NCBI RefSeq assembly: GCF_001447785.1
Contig: NW_015173272.1
Span: forward strand, 1 to 64,000
From: Gekko japonicus
Lineage: Eukaryota
Direction of reading: 5' to 3'
DNA: 64,000 nt
Below are positions 45,890 through 59,313 of this stretch, piece by piece. Each line of letters begins with the position of its first letter. Position 1 is the first letter of the stretch. The notes beneath the pieces are model-generated. The model did no database searches. It was not told the origin of the DNA and was given only the letters and a program-made list of their open reading frames with translations. Position numbers and translations under genes: made by a program.

Positions 45890-48340
45890 CTAATTTAGAC
45901 CAGTGGTCCATTTAGTCCAACATCTTTTCTCACACAATGGCCAACAAGTTCGTCCAGCAGTCCAACAACAGGGCATACAGGCCAAGGCTTTTTCCTGATG
46001 TTTGCCTTCTAGCACTGGTATTCTAAGGAGTTTCCCCTTAGTTACCAAGGCCACTGATAGACCAATATTCTATAAATCTGTCTGAACCCCTTTTAAAGTT
46101 GTCTGTGTTTTTGGTCACCACTACATTGTCTGGCAGTGAATTCCACATTTTAATCATTCTCTATGTAAAGTAGAATTTCCTTTTGTCTATCGCAAACCAA
46201 CTGCTCATCAGCTTCATTGGATGGCCTTGAGTTCTCGTATTCAGGGAGTGGTAGAAAAAATGTCTTTGTCAACCTCTCCACCCCATGCAGAATTTAATAA
46301 TCCTCCTCCACCACCACCCATCTCTTTTCTAAATGGAAAAGTCCCATACTCTTCATTTTTCCTCATAGGGATGGTGCTCCAGCCTTCCAATCATGTTAGT
46401 TGCCCCTTTCTGTATGTTTTTCAGCTCTCTGATGTCCTGTTTGTGAAACAGTGACCAAAACTGTACACAGTATTCCAAATGAGGCCACCAGATCATTTTA
46501 ATGTTGGGTGGTTGGATGCAGCTGTAATAAATAGATTTTCCTAGTTTAGTAGGTTGTAAATTGTGAAATGTCTTTCTGTCTGTCTGTCTGTGTGTCTGCC
46601 TGCCTGTCTGTCTATCTGATTTATTAATCACCAATCCCTGCTAGTACAAGGCTCTGGGTGATGTACAGTACAATAAAACACAATCTGATAAAATAATTAA
46701 AGCATAATATTTTTATTCATATTACTTTTAATATTGTGTATTGAATTATATTCTACTTTTTGTAAGATACCCTGAGCCTCTCTTGTCAAGGGAGTCGTAG
46801 AGAATAATTTGGTAAATAAAAAAAATTAAAAAAAGATCTATAGAGGGGCATTATATCAATCATTCTATTTTCACTCCTTTTCCTAACAATCCCTAACATA
46901 GTTTCCCTTTTTCACCACTGTAGCACACTGGGTTGACACTTCCATGGAGCTATCTACTACAACCCCACGACCTTTTTTCCCCTCTCAATTTCAGCAAGTT
47001 CAGAATCCATTAGCCTGTTTTTTATTCCAGTGTTCATGACATTACACTTACCAGCACAGAACTTCATTTGCCACAGTGTCTCCCACTTACTCAACTTGTG
47101 GAGATCCTCCTGAGGCTCTTCGCAGTCAGTCTTGGTTTTCACCATCCTGAATAATTTAGTGTCTTCTGCAAAATTGGCCACAACATTACTCACCCCTAGT
47201 TACAGATCATTTATGAAGAAATTAAATAGTAGCAGCCCCAATACTGATTCTTGTGGAACCTCACTGCGTATTCCCATAATTGTGAGAATTGTCCATTGAT
47301 TCCTACTCTTTGCTTCCTCTCATTTAACCACTTTTTAATCCATGAGAGAACTTGTTATCTTATGTTCTCTTATTCCATTAACCTATTATCTTATCCCGTG
47401 ACTGCTAAGTTTACTCTGGAGTCTTTGGTGAGGTACCTTGTCCAATCCTTTTGAAAGTCCAGGTATAATATCTACTGAGTCACTGTTGTTGGCAATGTTC
47501 GTTCACTTTCTCAAAGAATGCCAAAACACTGGCGGGGCAGGACTTCCCTTTGCAGAAGCCATGCTGTTTCCCCCCCTCAGCAGGCTTTGTTCCTCTGTGT
47601 GCCTAAGAATTCTATCTTTGATTACAGTTTCTGCTAATTTGCCTGGGACAGACATTAGGCTGACTGGTTGGTAATTTCCCTATTCTGCTGTACTCCCCTT
47701 TTTAAAATCAGTACAACCTTTGCTACTATCCATAAAACATTTACGATAGGCATGTTCAGAATCCTGTACCACTGTACAGAAGCACCTCCAAGCTCCACCT
47801 TTATTCAAACCTTTTAGTATTCCCTTGAAATTCCTTGAACGTTTTTCTTTCCCAGTTCCCCCATACTCTGAAATAAGGACAACATACACAAACTACCGAC
47901 TCATCTTGGATTCATTAAACATCTGAACAGTCTCTGTTAAATCCACAAATCCCCTTACTGTAGGATCCCTTAAAGACTACCAGTCAGGTTTGCTAGCATT
48001 TGGGCAACAACACCCTTCTGTAAACTTGGCCACTACATTACTCACCCCTAGTTACAGATCATTTCTGAAGAAATTAAGTAGTACCTGCCAATGTTCCCTC
48101 TAAGCTGTGGAGTCTTCTGAGCAAAAATTCTACTGTGTGAGCTACTGGCATTAAAGTTGTGAGCGAGCGATTTGGCTACTGCATAAACTAGTTTGCTCTG
48201 GAGCCATCCTTCCTGAGCTAAGACAAAAAAGTGTGAGCCGGAGGCTAAAAAACTGTGAGCTAGCTCACACTAACTCAGCTTAGAGGGAACACTAGTACCT
48301 GCCCTAATACTGATTCACATGGAACCCCACTGCTTATTAG
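45890..48340 (-). mobile_element. Fragmented CR1 LINE
   Basis: FAEDTKL (FADDTKL-like) and PHLEYCVQFWS; interrupted by other repeats; 47174-47267 recurs at 48027-48333. Confidence 0.85.
48089..48294 (-). mobile_element. hAT-like MITE (family of 4271)
   Basis: TIRs present; 8-bp TSD GTACCTGC. Confidence 0.92.
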
Positions 48341-49269
48341 TGGTCTTCTATGCAAGTACCCACTCTGCTGAGCTTCCAAGATGGAATGAAATTGGTCTAT
48401 ACCATGCCTCTTTCTTTCTTGCAGCTAGGCATAGGGGAAGCAATAACAAGGGACTGAGAACTTGTCATAGTTGCACAGTTATCTTCCTTCTCATACAAAA
48501 AAAATGAGTACAAAGCAGTTTGTGCTGGACAAAATTTTAAGAATTATTCTTTTGTGTGTTGATTTGCATATAAATTCAGATCCCTACATTTGTCATTCCC
48601 CTATACATATCCAGAGACTTGGTTAAACCAGTTCTCATAATTAATTCTCAACTCAGACCACAAACCGGTAGGCTATTGCACATCCATTCTACCCTGTGCT
48701 CGTTTCCCCAATCCAAGGGAAGAGACAGCATGAAGACACGGAACTACCTTACATTTTGTCAAGTCCTTTGTCTGTCAAGGTCAGTATTGTCTGCTCAGAC
48801 CATCACAGCACCCCTTTAGAGTCTCAGAGAGGCAGGAAGGGTTGCATCAGTGCTTAGTTCTTGTGGCCCTGGGAAATGCTGGTCACCACTTTGGGGTCAG
48901 GAAGCAATTTTCTCCAGGCCAATTTAGCTGGAGATCCTGGAGAATTTTTGTCATCTTCTGGGCATGAAACAGGGCTCACTGGGGTGTGGGGGGAAGGTAT
49001 TTGTGAATTTCCTGCATTGTGCAGGGGATTGGACTAGATGACCCTGGAAGAACCTTCCAACTCAATGATTATATGACCTTTCATTCTATGTACAACGTGA
49101 CACTTTACCATAGAGATTTTGGGGACTGAACCTGGAACCTTTGCATTAAAAGAGATACTGTACAACTCAGCTACAGCATCTCCTATGTCTCTGCTTTATT
49201 CATATGGTAATCTTAGCATAACCATACCTCACTGGCCTAATCTACATTATTGGTACAAATCTGCTGATT

Positions 49270-49750
49270 TACTCAGGTAACTTACCCATGACTGCTTTTA
49301 CCCCTGCTTTCTCATCTCAGTCCTTGTCTAATGAGAAAACCAAAATATTCTGAATCCATTTCCTTTCTTTTTCTGACTGCCAGCTTACCTTTTTGTGTCT
49401 CCATTCTACAGGGCCACAAAAACCAGCCCATACCAAGATCAGGTAATTGTCATACTGGATGTCTATAGGGATTAATTAAGTTTTTTATGATAAAATTGTC
49501 ACTTGGTTGCAAAGGGCCTGCCCAATCTCATCTAAACACAGATTTGTAAACTAAGATAGCTTCTGAAATACCTCAAAACTTCCTTTGGGGAAATTATTTA
49601 CAGGATGTTTTCATTTGTTTGTTTTTAAGTGTCTACTCAGGGAATAAGGGTGTTGTTTGTGAAGCAATAATTTCACCTACTTGTCCACTAACAGTATAGA
49701 ATAAAAAAGGAGGTGTCTGATAGTTTCCCATGAGGAATGGAGAACAGCCA
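49270..49750 (-). promoter_or_regulatory. Candidate promoter and 5' non-coding exons of the OR at 44136
   Basis: Non-repetitive DNA with O/E(EBF)-like sites (TTCCTTTGGGGA ~49580, TTTCCCATGAGGA ~49723), a homeodomain-like ATTAATTAAG at 49471 and minus-strand GTAAG donors at ~49287 and ~49388. Confidence 0.3.
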
Positions 49751-50512
49751 GATGAAGCTGGGAGTATGTTATTTTGACACCACTGCAGAATATGTATATC
49801 AGTAGTAATCAATTTTTGGTTCTCAGAGAGCCACATTCACAATTAGAAGCAATCAAAAGGAGCCCCATGGTTACTGCAGTCCTTGTGGAGCAGTACACAT
49901 GTACAATAATATTTCTTTTTGCAAAGAACTTAGTGGATTCATTTTGCCCTGGCAAAGCTCTACACCAGGGATGTCAAACACATTTGTTATGAGGGCCAGA
50001 TCTGTAGTACAAATGGGAATATAAAGATTTTTATATAGTTTTTTTTCTTTTTGATTATTCGTATTTTTCCTGGTTTTATGGATTTCTCTTTTAAGTAATA
50101 TTTTATTAGGATGTTAGAAAGGCCTGTTATATAGAAGGCTTTCCTGTTGTAGGTTTGATATTGTTAGTAGATAACATAATAGGTACAAAGTTCATGATTC
50201 TGTAGTTCTTAAGGGCAAAACCTTGCAATGTCTGGGTCAGATAAGATTTTGGTCTCATATCAGGAAAAAAACACTTTTGTTTGGGATATGAAGAATCCTT
50301 GCCCATTATCATTTAGGTTAGGTTAAGTAAACACTTAGGTTTTACGTATATTTGACGTAGATATATGTTTCTTTACATCTGACAAATCAGAGGCTTATTA
50401 TTCAAATGACCACTGTCTTTTGTAACCATTTATGCTTTTTGAATATATTTTTGATGATGTCAGTCCATGTATAAAGTATCATGTATTTCTTGAATAAGCT
50501 CAGAATATGTTC

Positions 50513-50563
50513 AAGAAGAAGAAGAAGATGATAAAGAAGAAGAAGAAAAAGAAGAAGAAGAAA
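50513..50563 (+). repeat. Imperfect (GAA)n microsatellite
   Basis: Directly visible trinucleotide run. Confidence 0.9.
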
Positions 50564-53035
50564 GTTGTCAATTTTTGTTGAGTTATTTGGTCCAATTGTT
50601 TTCCTGCTAATTGAAGCATATCTCCTGAATATGCTGAGAAGAAAGTAGTCAATTTTGGATGGACTATTTGGTCCAATTGCTTTCCTGTTAATTGAAATAA
50701 AACATAGATCTTCCTCCTCATTTGACTTCATTTTTGACATGGAATCTATTATGTACAACAAATCTGACACAAAGGTTACTTTGACGGACTTAGTCATGTA
50801 TTCCAAAAATGTACTAGAATATTAATTTTATAAAGAATACGAGTGAACTCAACAATATTATTTTTTTACTCAAAATACAAACAGAAGCAATTGAACTCTA
50901 GTGGTGAAAGCAATTGATTTACTGGGGAACTCACGAAAGCCCCAATAAATGTATTTAATCATATACAAGATGTGTTTTTTCCCCAAAGGGATACCACAAA
51001 GGGAGGAGGAATCCTACGCTTCCCTATAACTTAGCTGCTTTTTGTATATATAGCACTTTTAGGAGATGTCATCATTCTTGCAAGTAAATAAGGTAGTTTT
51101 TCAGCACACACATTTCTTTGAAGGATGGATTTTGGAACAAGCTTGACAAGCTGACTGCCAAGAAAGGAGAATAAAACTTCCACAGCAGCCACCCTCACAA
51201 CAGCAAGCTAGCTGTAGTGGTAGGGGGTGGTTGTACTCCCCTTTCTCCACAACCTTCTCTGGGTACTTTTGCTATCTCTCTCTGTCCCTCAACTTTCTGT
51301 GTTGCATGCAGAGGAGAGACTGGGAAGGCAGAGATGGAAGCTCTTCCTCTCACTTCTTTTTTTAAAAAAATTGTTTATGTTTTATTAATTTTTCAAAAGT
51401 CATATAGAATTTAGTAGAATCTATGCAAAATGTGTCAAAAGAACAAAAAGACAGATTTTCAATAAGTGTACATCAAACAGTTTGAGGTGAGTTACAACAA
51501 TATAGGTAATCATTAGTAACTTCATAAAAGGTAATAAAACTCCCTGCATATTAATGCTGATCGATTACAAAATTTGGTTGATTAGTTAGGGTAAACTTAT
51601 TTGAGTTTTTTATATCAATTTAAACTATGGTAATCCTACAGATATTTGTTTTCTTTCTTTTCTTTTACTTTTATTCATAGCAAACTTATAGGTTACTGCA
51701 CAAATATTAATTTTGTCAATTACTATTAAGGAGACAGCTAGCTTTGTCTGATCCATCTGTTTCTTACCAGAGTCTTTTCTTTTACTATATATATTCCCAT
51801 CTAGGTTTCTGCAGGTTCAAGTTGTGGCGGAAGTTGTCACCAACCCCACTCCCCCGCAGGACACCTTCAATTTGGTTTGGCTGGTTGAGAACATTCCAGA
51901 TTTGGAACACTAATGATATCACATGTTGAAGAACAGAGAAAAATTCTGGATTTCACCTTACAGATTTTAGTGCACCTGGGTTTGAATGAAGATATTGGCC
52001 TATTATGCATGGGTTTGAATGAAGATTATGGCCTATTATGAAAGCATTTTCTCTTGCTTTCACTGTGCATGGCCGTCAGGTTTTCTTTGTCATTCTGCAT
52101 TGATTTTCCTCTCTTCAGTGCTCAGTTCACTTTCTGGTCACTGTTTCCCCGGGTTTTCTGAGAGTGCTGACTTTTCCCTTGTTTCACTTCCAAGCTGAAG
52201 GTAATTCAGAAGCATACAGATTCCCTCAGATTCCCACCTTTTGCCGTCCCTCAAAAGTCACTCCCCTGCCCACATCAAGGTTGTTACACTCACTCTGCAT
52301 CGTTCACCATCCTTCCCCCTTCATCAATGTACAAGCTCCATTTTCCCCTAGTATTTAATTTTTTTACAAGTGGCATGAGTCCAGCAATATGAAACTATCA
52401 GTAGTCTCAGATCACTGAATTTAAAAAAAAAATAGAATGACGGGTAGGGGGAAGAGTTCAAAAAGAGCTGTGCAAGGTTTAGTTCCCTGCTGGTATTGAC
52501 TTGAAAAGGGATTAGAGAGGAGACAAATCACAGCACCCCCAGTGCAAAAAAAATAATTCAGCGTTGCATGCAAAGGGGGGATTGTTAGTGCAGAATGAAA
52601 TTGACATGAGATGTAAAGTGGGAGAGAAACTGGGATGGGAAGCCTAAATCTTTGAGAATACCTCCCCCCATGCTTTAGTGAACAAAGGTTTTTTTTTTAG
52701 AGGGACCATTTTGGCAGTCTCCAGAAGTCTAACATTAAAATGGCTGCTGAGCCACATGGACCTTCTGCAAACCACTGAACTTAAGAATCACTTGGGAGTG
52801 ATCCATTTGGAGGAAGACAGCAATCTGCACAGGGCAGGCTTTAAAAAACTGCCAAGATCATGACCAGTGTGCAGGATCAAATGAGAGAATCACAAAGAGA
52901 AAACCACAAACATTTACTAGAAAGGGCAGAAAATTAGCATTACTATGCAGTTACGCTAGGACACCGGTGAAAATACCCTCCCATTTTTTTCAAATTTGTG
53001 GCACAAGACTAAAAAAGCTCTCCAGAGATTCTGCC

Positions 53036-53450
53036 AGAGAACATAAGAACATAAGAGATGCCAATATTGGATCAGGCCAAAGGCCCATCCAGTCCAACAT
53101 TCTGTATCACACAGTGGCCAAAAATACCAGGTGCCATCAGGAGGTCCACAAGTGGGGCCAGGACATTAGAAGCCCTCCCACTGTTGACCCCCCCCTCAGC
53201 ACCAAGAAGACAGAGCATCACTTGTCCCAGAGTCCCTATCTATACCTTGTGGCTAATAGCCACTGATGAACCTCTGCTCCATATGCTTATCTAACTCCCT
53301 TTTGAAGCCGTCCATGCTTGTAGCCACCACCACTTCCTGTGGCAGTGAATTCCATGTGTTAATCACTCTTTGGGTGAAGAAGTACTTCCTTTTATCCATT
53401 CTAACCCGGTTGCTCAGCAATTTCATTGAGTGCCCATGAGTTCTTGTAGT
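53036..53450 (-). mobile_element. CR1 LINE 3' end
   Basis: THGHSMKL...RKYFFTQRVINTWNSLPQEVV; octamer tail (CTTATGTT)n. Confidence 0.88.
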
Positions 53451-56400
53451 GTTATATTGTGAGAAAGGGCTCCTCCCCCAATCAAACTGCAGCCCTGTGC
53501 AAAGCATGGTGGTTGCAGTCAACTTTGCACAGGTGTGCCCATGCACACACATGTTGCCAAAGTTCACAGCTTGCAATGCCACTGTCAGTGGGTTCTACCA
53601 TGCATTCTGTACAATGAACATGTTCCCTCATATTATGACAACCTGTGACTCTTTCCAATTTTTCACAGTGGTTAATAACAGTAGAGAATCTCCTAGTTCT
53701 TGGCAATATGGAAAATGGGGGCTTCGCAGCTGCTTGTCAGTTTCAGAAAAAGTCTGGTCAATTTCAACAATGGGTTTCCCCTTGTCTGCATTCCTTTCTG
53801 TTCCCTTTCATTTAAGAAACTAATGCTAAAGTCCATGCACAAAAATGGAACCACAACGATTTAAATGGAAGGCATTTGCCGAATGCTACTGCACAGCTGC
53901 AATAGGGCAATTGCAGATTTTTTTTTTAAAAAAAAAATCTTTGAACAACACCCCCCACACTTCACCAGTGATGGTCCACCCTGATTTAGAAAACTGCTTT
54001 TTTAAAAATTGTAGCAGCAGAATAAATACATGAAAGGGAGAAGAATGGTGCATAAGGTGGGCACAGAATCTGAAGTAAAGATTAAAGGCTTACTGCTCTG
54101 AAAATCGGCAGCTGTTCATATATAATGGACCATTGATTGGATGCCTGTTATATAAAGATTGTTTTCATTGGTTACCATTACTTACCATTCATGTTAGTTA
54201 GTTAAGCTTGTTTGGCTGTTGTTCAATTTTAGAACAAGGATGCCATTCTTATTCTTGTACTATTGAGTTATTCCTTGATTGGATTGTTACATACCAGTGT
54301 TCATATTTCACTTTAACATTTAGCTCCACTAGTGGAAATCTGTTTGAGCCATTTATAGGAGGATTTGTTGATTATGCCACTATTTTTGTTGATTATGCCA
54401 CTAGATATTTACATTCTTTATCCATCTGTTTTGATCAGTGGCCTGAGGGTGGGCTAGTGATTTACTCTGGCCTCCTCAGTGGTGGTAAACCTAAAAACCT
54501 TAATCTAAGGCTGATGTCTCTGAGTCAGTAGACCTATGTCTGAACTATACCACTTTAAACTTCTGGCTGGCTTCTAAAGGCTGGATGATCCTTCAGAGGC
54601 AAAAATCCCCTGCCCGTAGAAACCTCAGTGCCAGGAAGAACGGTCCTGCCAGCTTTCCCCTCGCATTTTTTTTTTATGTGGAAGTAATTTTTGTGTAGGG
54701 ATGAATACTCAACCATGTGGTCCCACACATATATTCCTCAGTGTTTACCATTTGTGTGAAAGTTAAAACTAAGTTTGCTCCTTCTAGAGAAGAGGGAGAT
54801 GGCTTTAATTTTGATTGCTAGGTATACTCTTGTGAAAGATCCAGAATTCAGTGGGACAACATACATGCTTGTAATCCTTTGCATTTTTTTTACTCAAAGC
54901 TCCTCATACAGCATCTTTGGAAAAGAACACTACTCAAAACCCTGGAGTACTGCTGCAACTTAGAATTGACAATAGAGAACAGATAGGCTAATAAGCTTCT
55001 TTATTATAAGACAGGTTCCTACATAGATGAATCTATGGCATCTTAATCTTAAACAGACTTCAAAATAGCTATAATAAGCACCTTAGTTTATAGAACATTA
55101 AAAACACCAGTGGGTTGATTATGAATGAATCTCCTGGAGGAATTGAGACAGGTAGAAAGAAGAGAAGGTCAGTTGACATCATGACATCATCCAGCTTTTT
55201 AACTATAGTGTTCCAGAAAAGATTCTCCAGTCTTTAGACAGCACAGAGATTGAGCAAGCTAAGATAAAATGCATAACATCTGAATGTCTCAAAGCAAGGT
55301 ATGGGTTGTTCAAAGTATATTTTATGCTACTTCTGCTCTTGTGAACAGGTGAGAACTCAGTGAGACAGTGTATGTGCCATAAACAGGAGATCTCACTTTC
55401 AGACCTAGAGGGAAACATGAGACTGATGAAAAAAGATGAAAGTATAGTTCATTCTCACCCCCCTTTCATGTTTTTAGTGTAACAGTTTGATAGTTTTAGG
55501 GAATGAATGGCCAAAGTGCTGATAATCCTCAACAGAGAGCCTCTTCTGGAATGATCTGGCAACCATATCTAAGTGGGCATTCACCTGGATGAAGGGGCTG
55601 GTGAGTATGAATGTATTTCTGACTCTGTCTTATTAAAATAGTTGATATATTTGAAAATCAACAGACCAGTAATCTTGTGACCCCAGAAAGCCTAATGAAT
55701 GTATTAAAATGTAAGCTTTTGTGGATCAGAGTCCACTTTATCAGGTAAATGAGGTGTATTTTCAGATTGACCCTACTTCATGAAACTTTAGACAAGAAGA
55801 CAGAATAACCAGGTGTAGAGGATGAAAGGATATTCTACCACTACCTCAAAAAACCCTTCCATGTTTGTCAAATTTCTCTTCTTTGAGATATCTTTCTTCT
55901 AAAGCAAGAACCTCATAATGTACTTTACACTTTGCTTAATTCAGCTCTGGAGTAGTCACCCCAGTTGCATTTGAGTGTGGGTGTGAGAGAATGCACAGAG
56001 AAGTTAAGTTGTTCAACAACTTTGCAAAGGCAAATTGATTCAGGAAAGTTCTGGAGTGTTACAGTGTTCTACAGGTTGTTCCAAAAATGGGCTTAGTTGT
56101 TGAATAACTACCACAATACAGAGAAGTGAGTCCTTGAGTAGAAAAATGCCCCCTTTACAAATAATTAATTAATTAAGGCAGATTTTTAAAACAAGTGCTG
56201 AATGATGTGGAACTCACTGGCACTTGCCTCCATAAATACAGATTTTGGGTTGGGTGAAGTGATATTTTACTACCTCAGATACAATTTGAGATTGAAAATG
56301 TTGACTTGCTCATAGTGCCCATGGTCTGAAGAGATTTTCACTGTCTCCTTACTGAATTCCCCTTGATCAATTACTCCATATCAATCAAGAATGGACTATA

Positions 56401-57412
56401 AATTCCATTCTTACTGTTAAAAAGCAGGTGTTAATTATAAATTTGTTGAGAATACTTTCCATTAGTAAGGGCATTTACAAAAAAAGGGGAAAAAATCATG
56501 CAAAAGAAAGGGATTTCCCTTGTCCTCAGACCTGCCTTCTTTTTATAACCAAGTTCCCCTAAAAGAGTTTTATCAAGCAGAAAGTGAAGAGATGAAGTTT
56601 GTCCCACTGCTAAGAAAAAGGTCTCTGCATCACATCTTCGCTTGTCCTGAACAGGCATCTTTTCTTATTTTTTAAAAAGCTGGTAACTTGGTAGGTTGAT
56701 CAATTGAACTAATTTTTAAAATAATTATTTTGAAAGAAAACTACCAAGGCAGCTTCCAATAACAAAAGTTTTTTTTAAGTAAGAACCATACCATAAAAAT
56801 GAAAGCTAATTCTAAAAATTAAGTAGATGAAATGGAAAACAGAAGCAAGAACACATGTAGCCCATGCTTGGAAAGATTAGAACAGCTAAATTAGTGACTT
56901 GAACATGGCCAAATGCATGACTGTGGAGATTGCATCTCCCAACCATCTTTCCTGAAGACATGGAAAGCATGTTCCTGTGTCATAAATATTCCACACTCAT
57001 GCAAATATGTTGAAGGTATTGAAATGATATCTCATCTCTTAGTTAATTTATGTGTAATTATAGTTTTAGAAGATTGTATTGTTTTCTACTGTTTTTTTAA
57101 ACTTGTAAGGTGTCTCAAGCAGGACTCTGGACAGGTGGCATTTACATCCCCTACAGCTCACTTCTAATCCCCAGAAGTTACCCCAGATCTGTTTTCCCAG
57201 GTGAGAATAAAAAGAACCTGGAGCAATTTTGTTTAGTGGTCCATCACACTTTGTCTTACGTTGGGTTGTATTTTGCTCTCTTAATGATGAACTGTTCACC
57301 TGGCACAAAGAGCCTTACTCCTGTAGAAAAAGAAGGCCCCACTAGTAGAAGGTTCCATTGCTGGCAGATCAGAACCTTTGTATGCAACTAACCGAACCCA
57401 TCATTTGTACTA

Positions 57413-57606
57413 TCCTGGATAGCCAAGGCTAGCCCAATAGTGTCAGACCTTGGAAGTTAAGTAGGGTCAGCCATGGTCAGTAACTGGATGGGAGACCACC
57501 AGGATCACTGTGCAGAGGTAGGCAATGGCAAACCCCTCTTCTGAGTGTCTCTTATCTTGAAAACCCTACAGGGTCACCATAAATCAGCTGTGACTTGACA
57601 GCAAAA
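57413..57606 (+). mobile_element. 5S rRNA-derived SINE with an RTE-like tail
   Basis: GGAAGTTAAGTAGGGTCAGCCATGGTCAGTAACTGGATGGGAGACC resembles the 5S internal control region; the 3' end reads GGGTCACCATAAATCAG...GACTTGACAGCA. Confidence 0.7.
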
Positions 57607-58380
57607 ACCTACCAACCTCTCCAGCCCACCAGTTAAGATCATCTTCCAAAACTTTTCTACATAAGTGAGCCAGGTGGCAACCAGAAATAGGCCTTCACAG
57701 AGACAGGACTTTCTCAGTTGTGGCACTTCACAATTGGAATGCTCCCTGAGTCTTGTCTGGTGCTTACCTTACCTTCATTTAGGTGCCTTTTGTCATCCCC
57801 CCCCCCAAGAATTTATCATTTTTAGCTGGTTTGATGTTCTGCTTCTTGCCTGAGGATTGTCTCATAAATATATTTTAGGATGCTGTGTTCTGTTCTATTG
57901 ATTGCTGTTATGCTGCAGGTTATAAAGTATTACTGATTTTTTCCTAGTTTTGTGAGCCAGCTCAAGCAGGCCTCTGGGAAGGCAGCATACACATTTGCCA
58001 AAATACATACATAGATAACAACCATACATTGGGCTGCATCTGACCAATTTTTTTCATTAATATTGCTCAGTTTATTTCATTCTTACAGCTCCTGTCTCAT
58101 GTGGCTTTTGTTCGTGACAGTACTCTTTGGCATAGCCTTTTTTTGGTGGAAAAATGGGAACTGCTCTTCCATTTTTCTCTAACAAAAAAAGCTGGCTGGA
58201 TCCAACTTGCTACATTTATTCATACTACTTCCTAAAACCACTACATTATCATTTCAAAGTTTAAATTGCCCAGTTTCTTTATGTATTTTTTTTAAATGAG
58301 ACTTTTCTAAAGAATTCAATAGCAAAGCAATTCTATTTGTTTCTTTTTACACAGATTATAAGTGTGCTGAATAACTCAAC

Positions 58381-59313
58381 ATGGCCAATCAAACCATAAT
58401 AACTGAGTTTATACTCTTGGGGCTCTCCAGTGACCCACAGCTACAGGTTTTTCTCTTCTTGTTCTTTCTAATAATATTTTCAGTGACGTTATTAGGAAAT
58501 GCAACAATTATTGTGGTGATCAGGATGGAGGCTGGCCTTCAAAGCCCAATGTTCTTTTTCCTCAGCCATTTAGCCTTTGTGGATATCTGCTATTCCTCCG
58601 TCACTCTCCCAAAGATGCTGGAGAACTTCATTGCAAAGAACACAACCATTTCCCAGAGAGGATGCATTGCTCAGATCTTTTTCTTTTTCCAGTCTGCTTG
58701 TGCTGAGGTTTTCATCCTCTCAGCAATGGCTTTTGACCGCTATGTCGCCATCTGTGACCCACTGCGATATTCAACCATTATGAAAAAAACTGCCTGCAGA
58801 CAGCTGGTGGGTGGATCCTGGTCAATGGGTTTCTTATATGCGATGGTAAATGCATTGCCATTGGTAAATGCACAATTTTGTGGGAACAATAAAATCAGTC
58901 ACTATAGCTGTGAACTTCCTTCCCTCTTGCCGTTGTCTTGCAGCGACCCTCTCAGCAATTATGTTGTGCTTCTCATCACTGTATTAGTATTTGGGTTAAG
59001 CTCCTTCCTCCTCACTCTTGTTTCTTACATTCGCATCATCCCCACCATCCTGAAAATTCGTTCAGGAGAAGGCCGAAGCAAAGCCTTCTCCACCTGTAGC
59101 TCCCACCTCATTGTGGTTTGCTTATTCTACTCTGCAGCTTTTTTTCGGTATATGAAGCCCAGTTCTGAATCACTTATAGAACTGGACAAAGTGGTGTCAA
59201 TCCAGTACAGCATCTTAACACCCCTGTTAAATCCTATCATATATAGCCTAAAAAACAATGAAATTAAAACTGCTTTAGGAAAAAGATTTGGAAACTTTAG
59301 GTTTTTAAAATAA
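58381..59313 (+). CDS. Olfactory receptor, intact
   Basis: MANQT start; motifs LQSPMFFFLSHLAFVD, MAFDRYVAIC, KAFSTCSSHL and PLLNPIIYSLKN; acceptor TTCTTTTTACACAG ends at 58354. Confidence 0.98.
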   Translation: MANQTIITEFILLGLSSDPQLQVFLFLFFLIIFSVTLLGNATIIVVIRMEAGLQSPMFFFLSHLAFVDICYSSVTLPKMLENFIAKNTTISQRGCIAQIFFFFQSACAEVFILSAMAFDRYVAICDPLRYSTIMKKTACRQLVGGSWSMGFLYAMVNALPLVNAQFCGNNKISHYSCELPSLLPLSCSDPLSNYVVLLITVLVFGLSSFLLTLVSYIRIIPTILKIRSGEGRSKAFSTCSSHLIVVCLFYSAAFFRYMKPSSESLIELDKVVSIQYSILTPLLNPIIYSLKNNEIKTALGKRFGNFRFLK

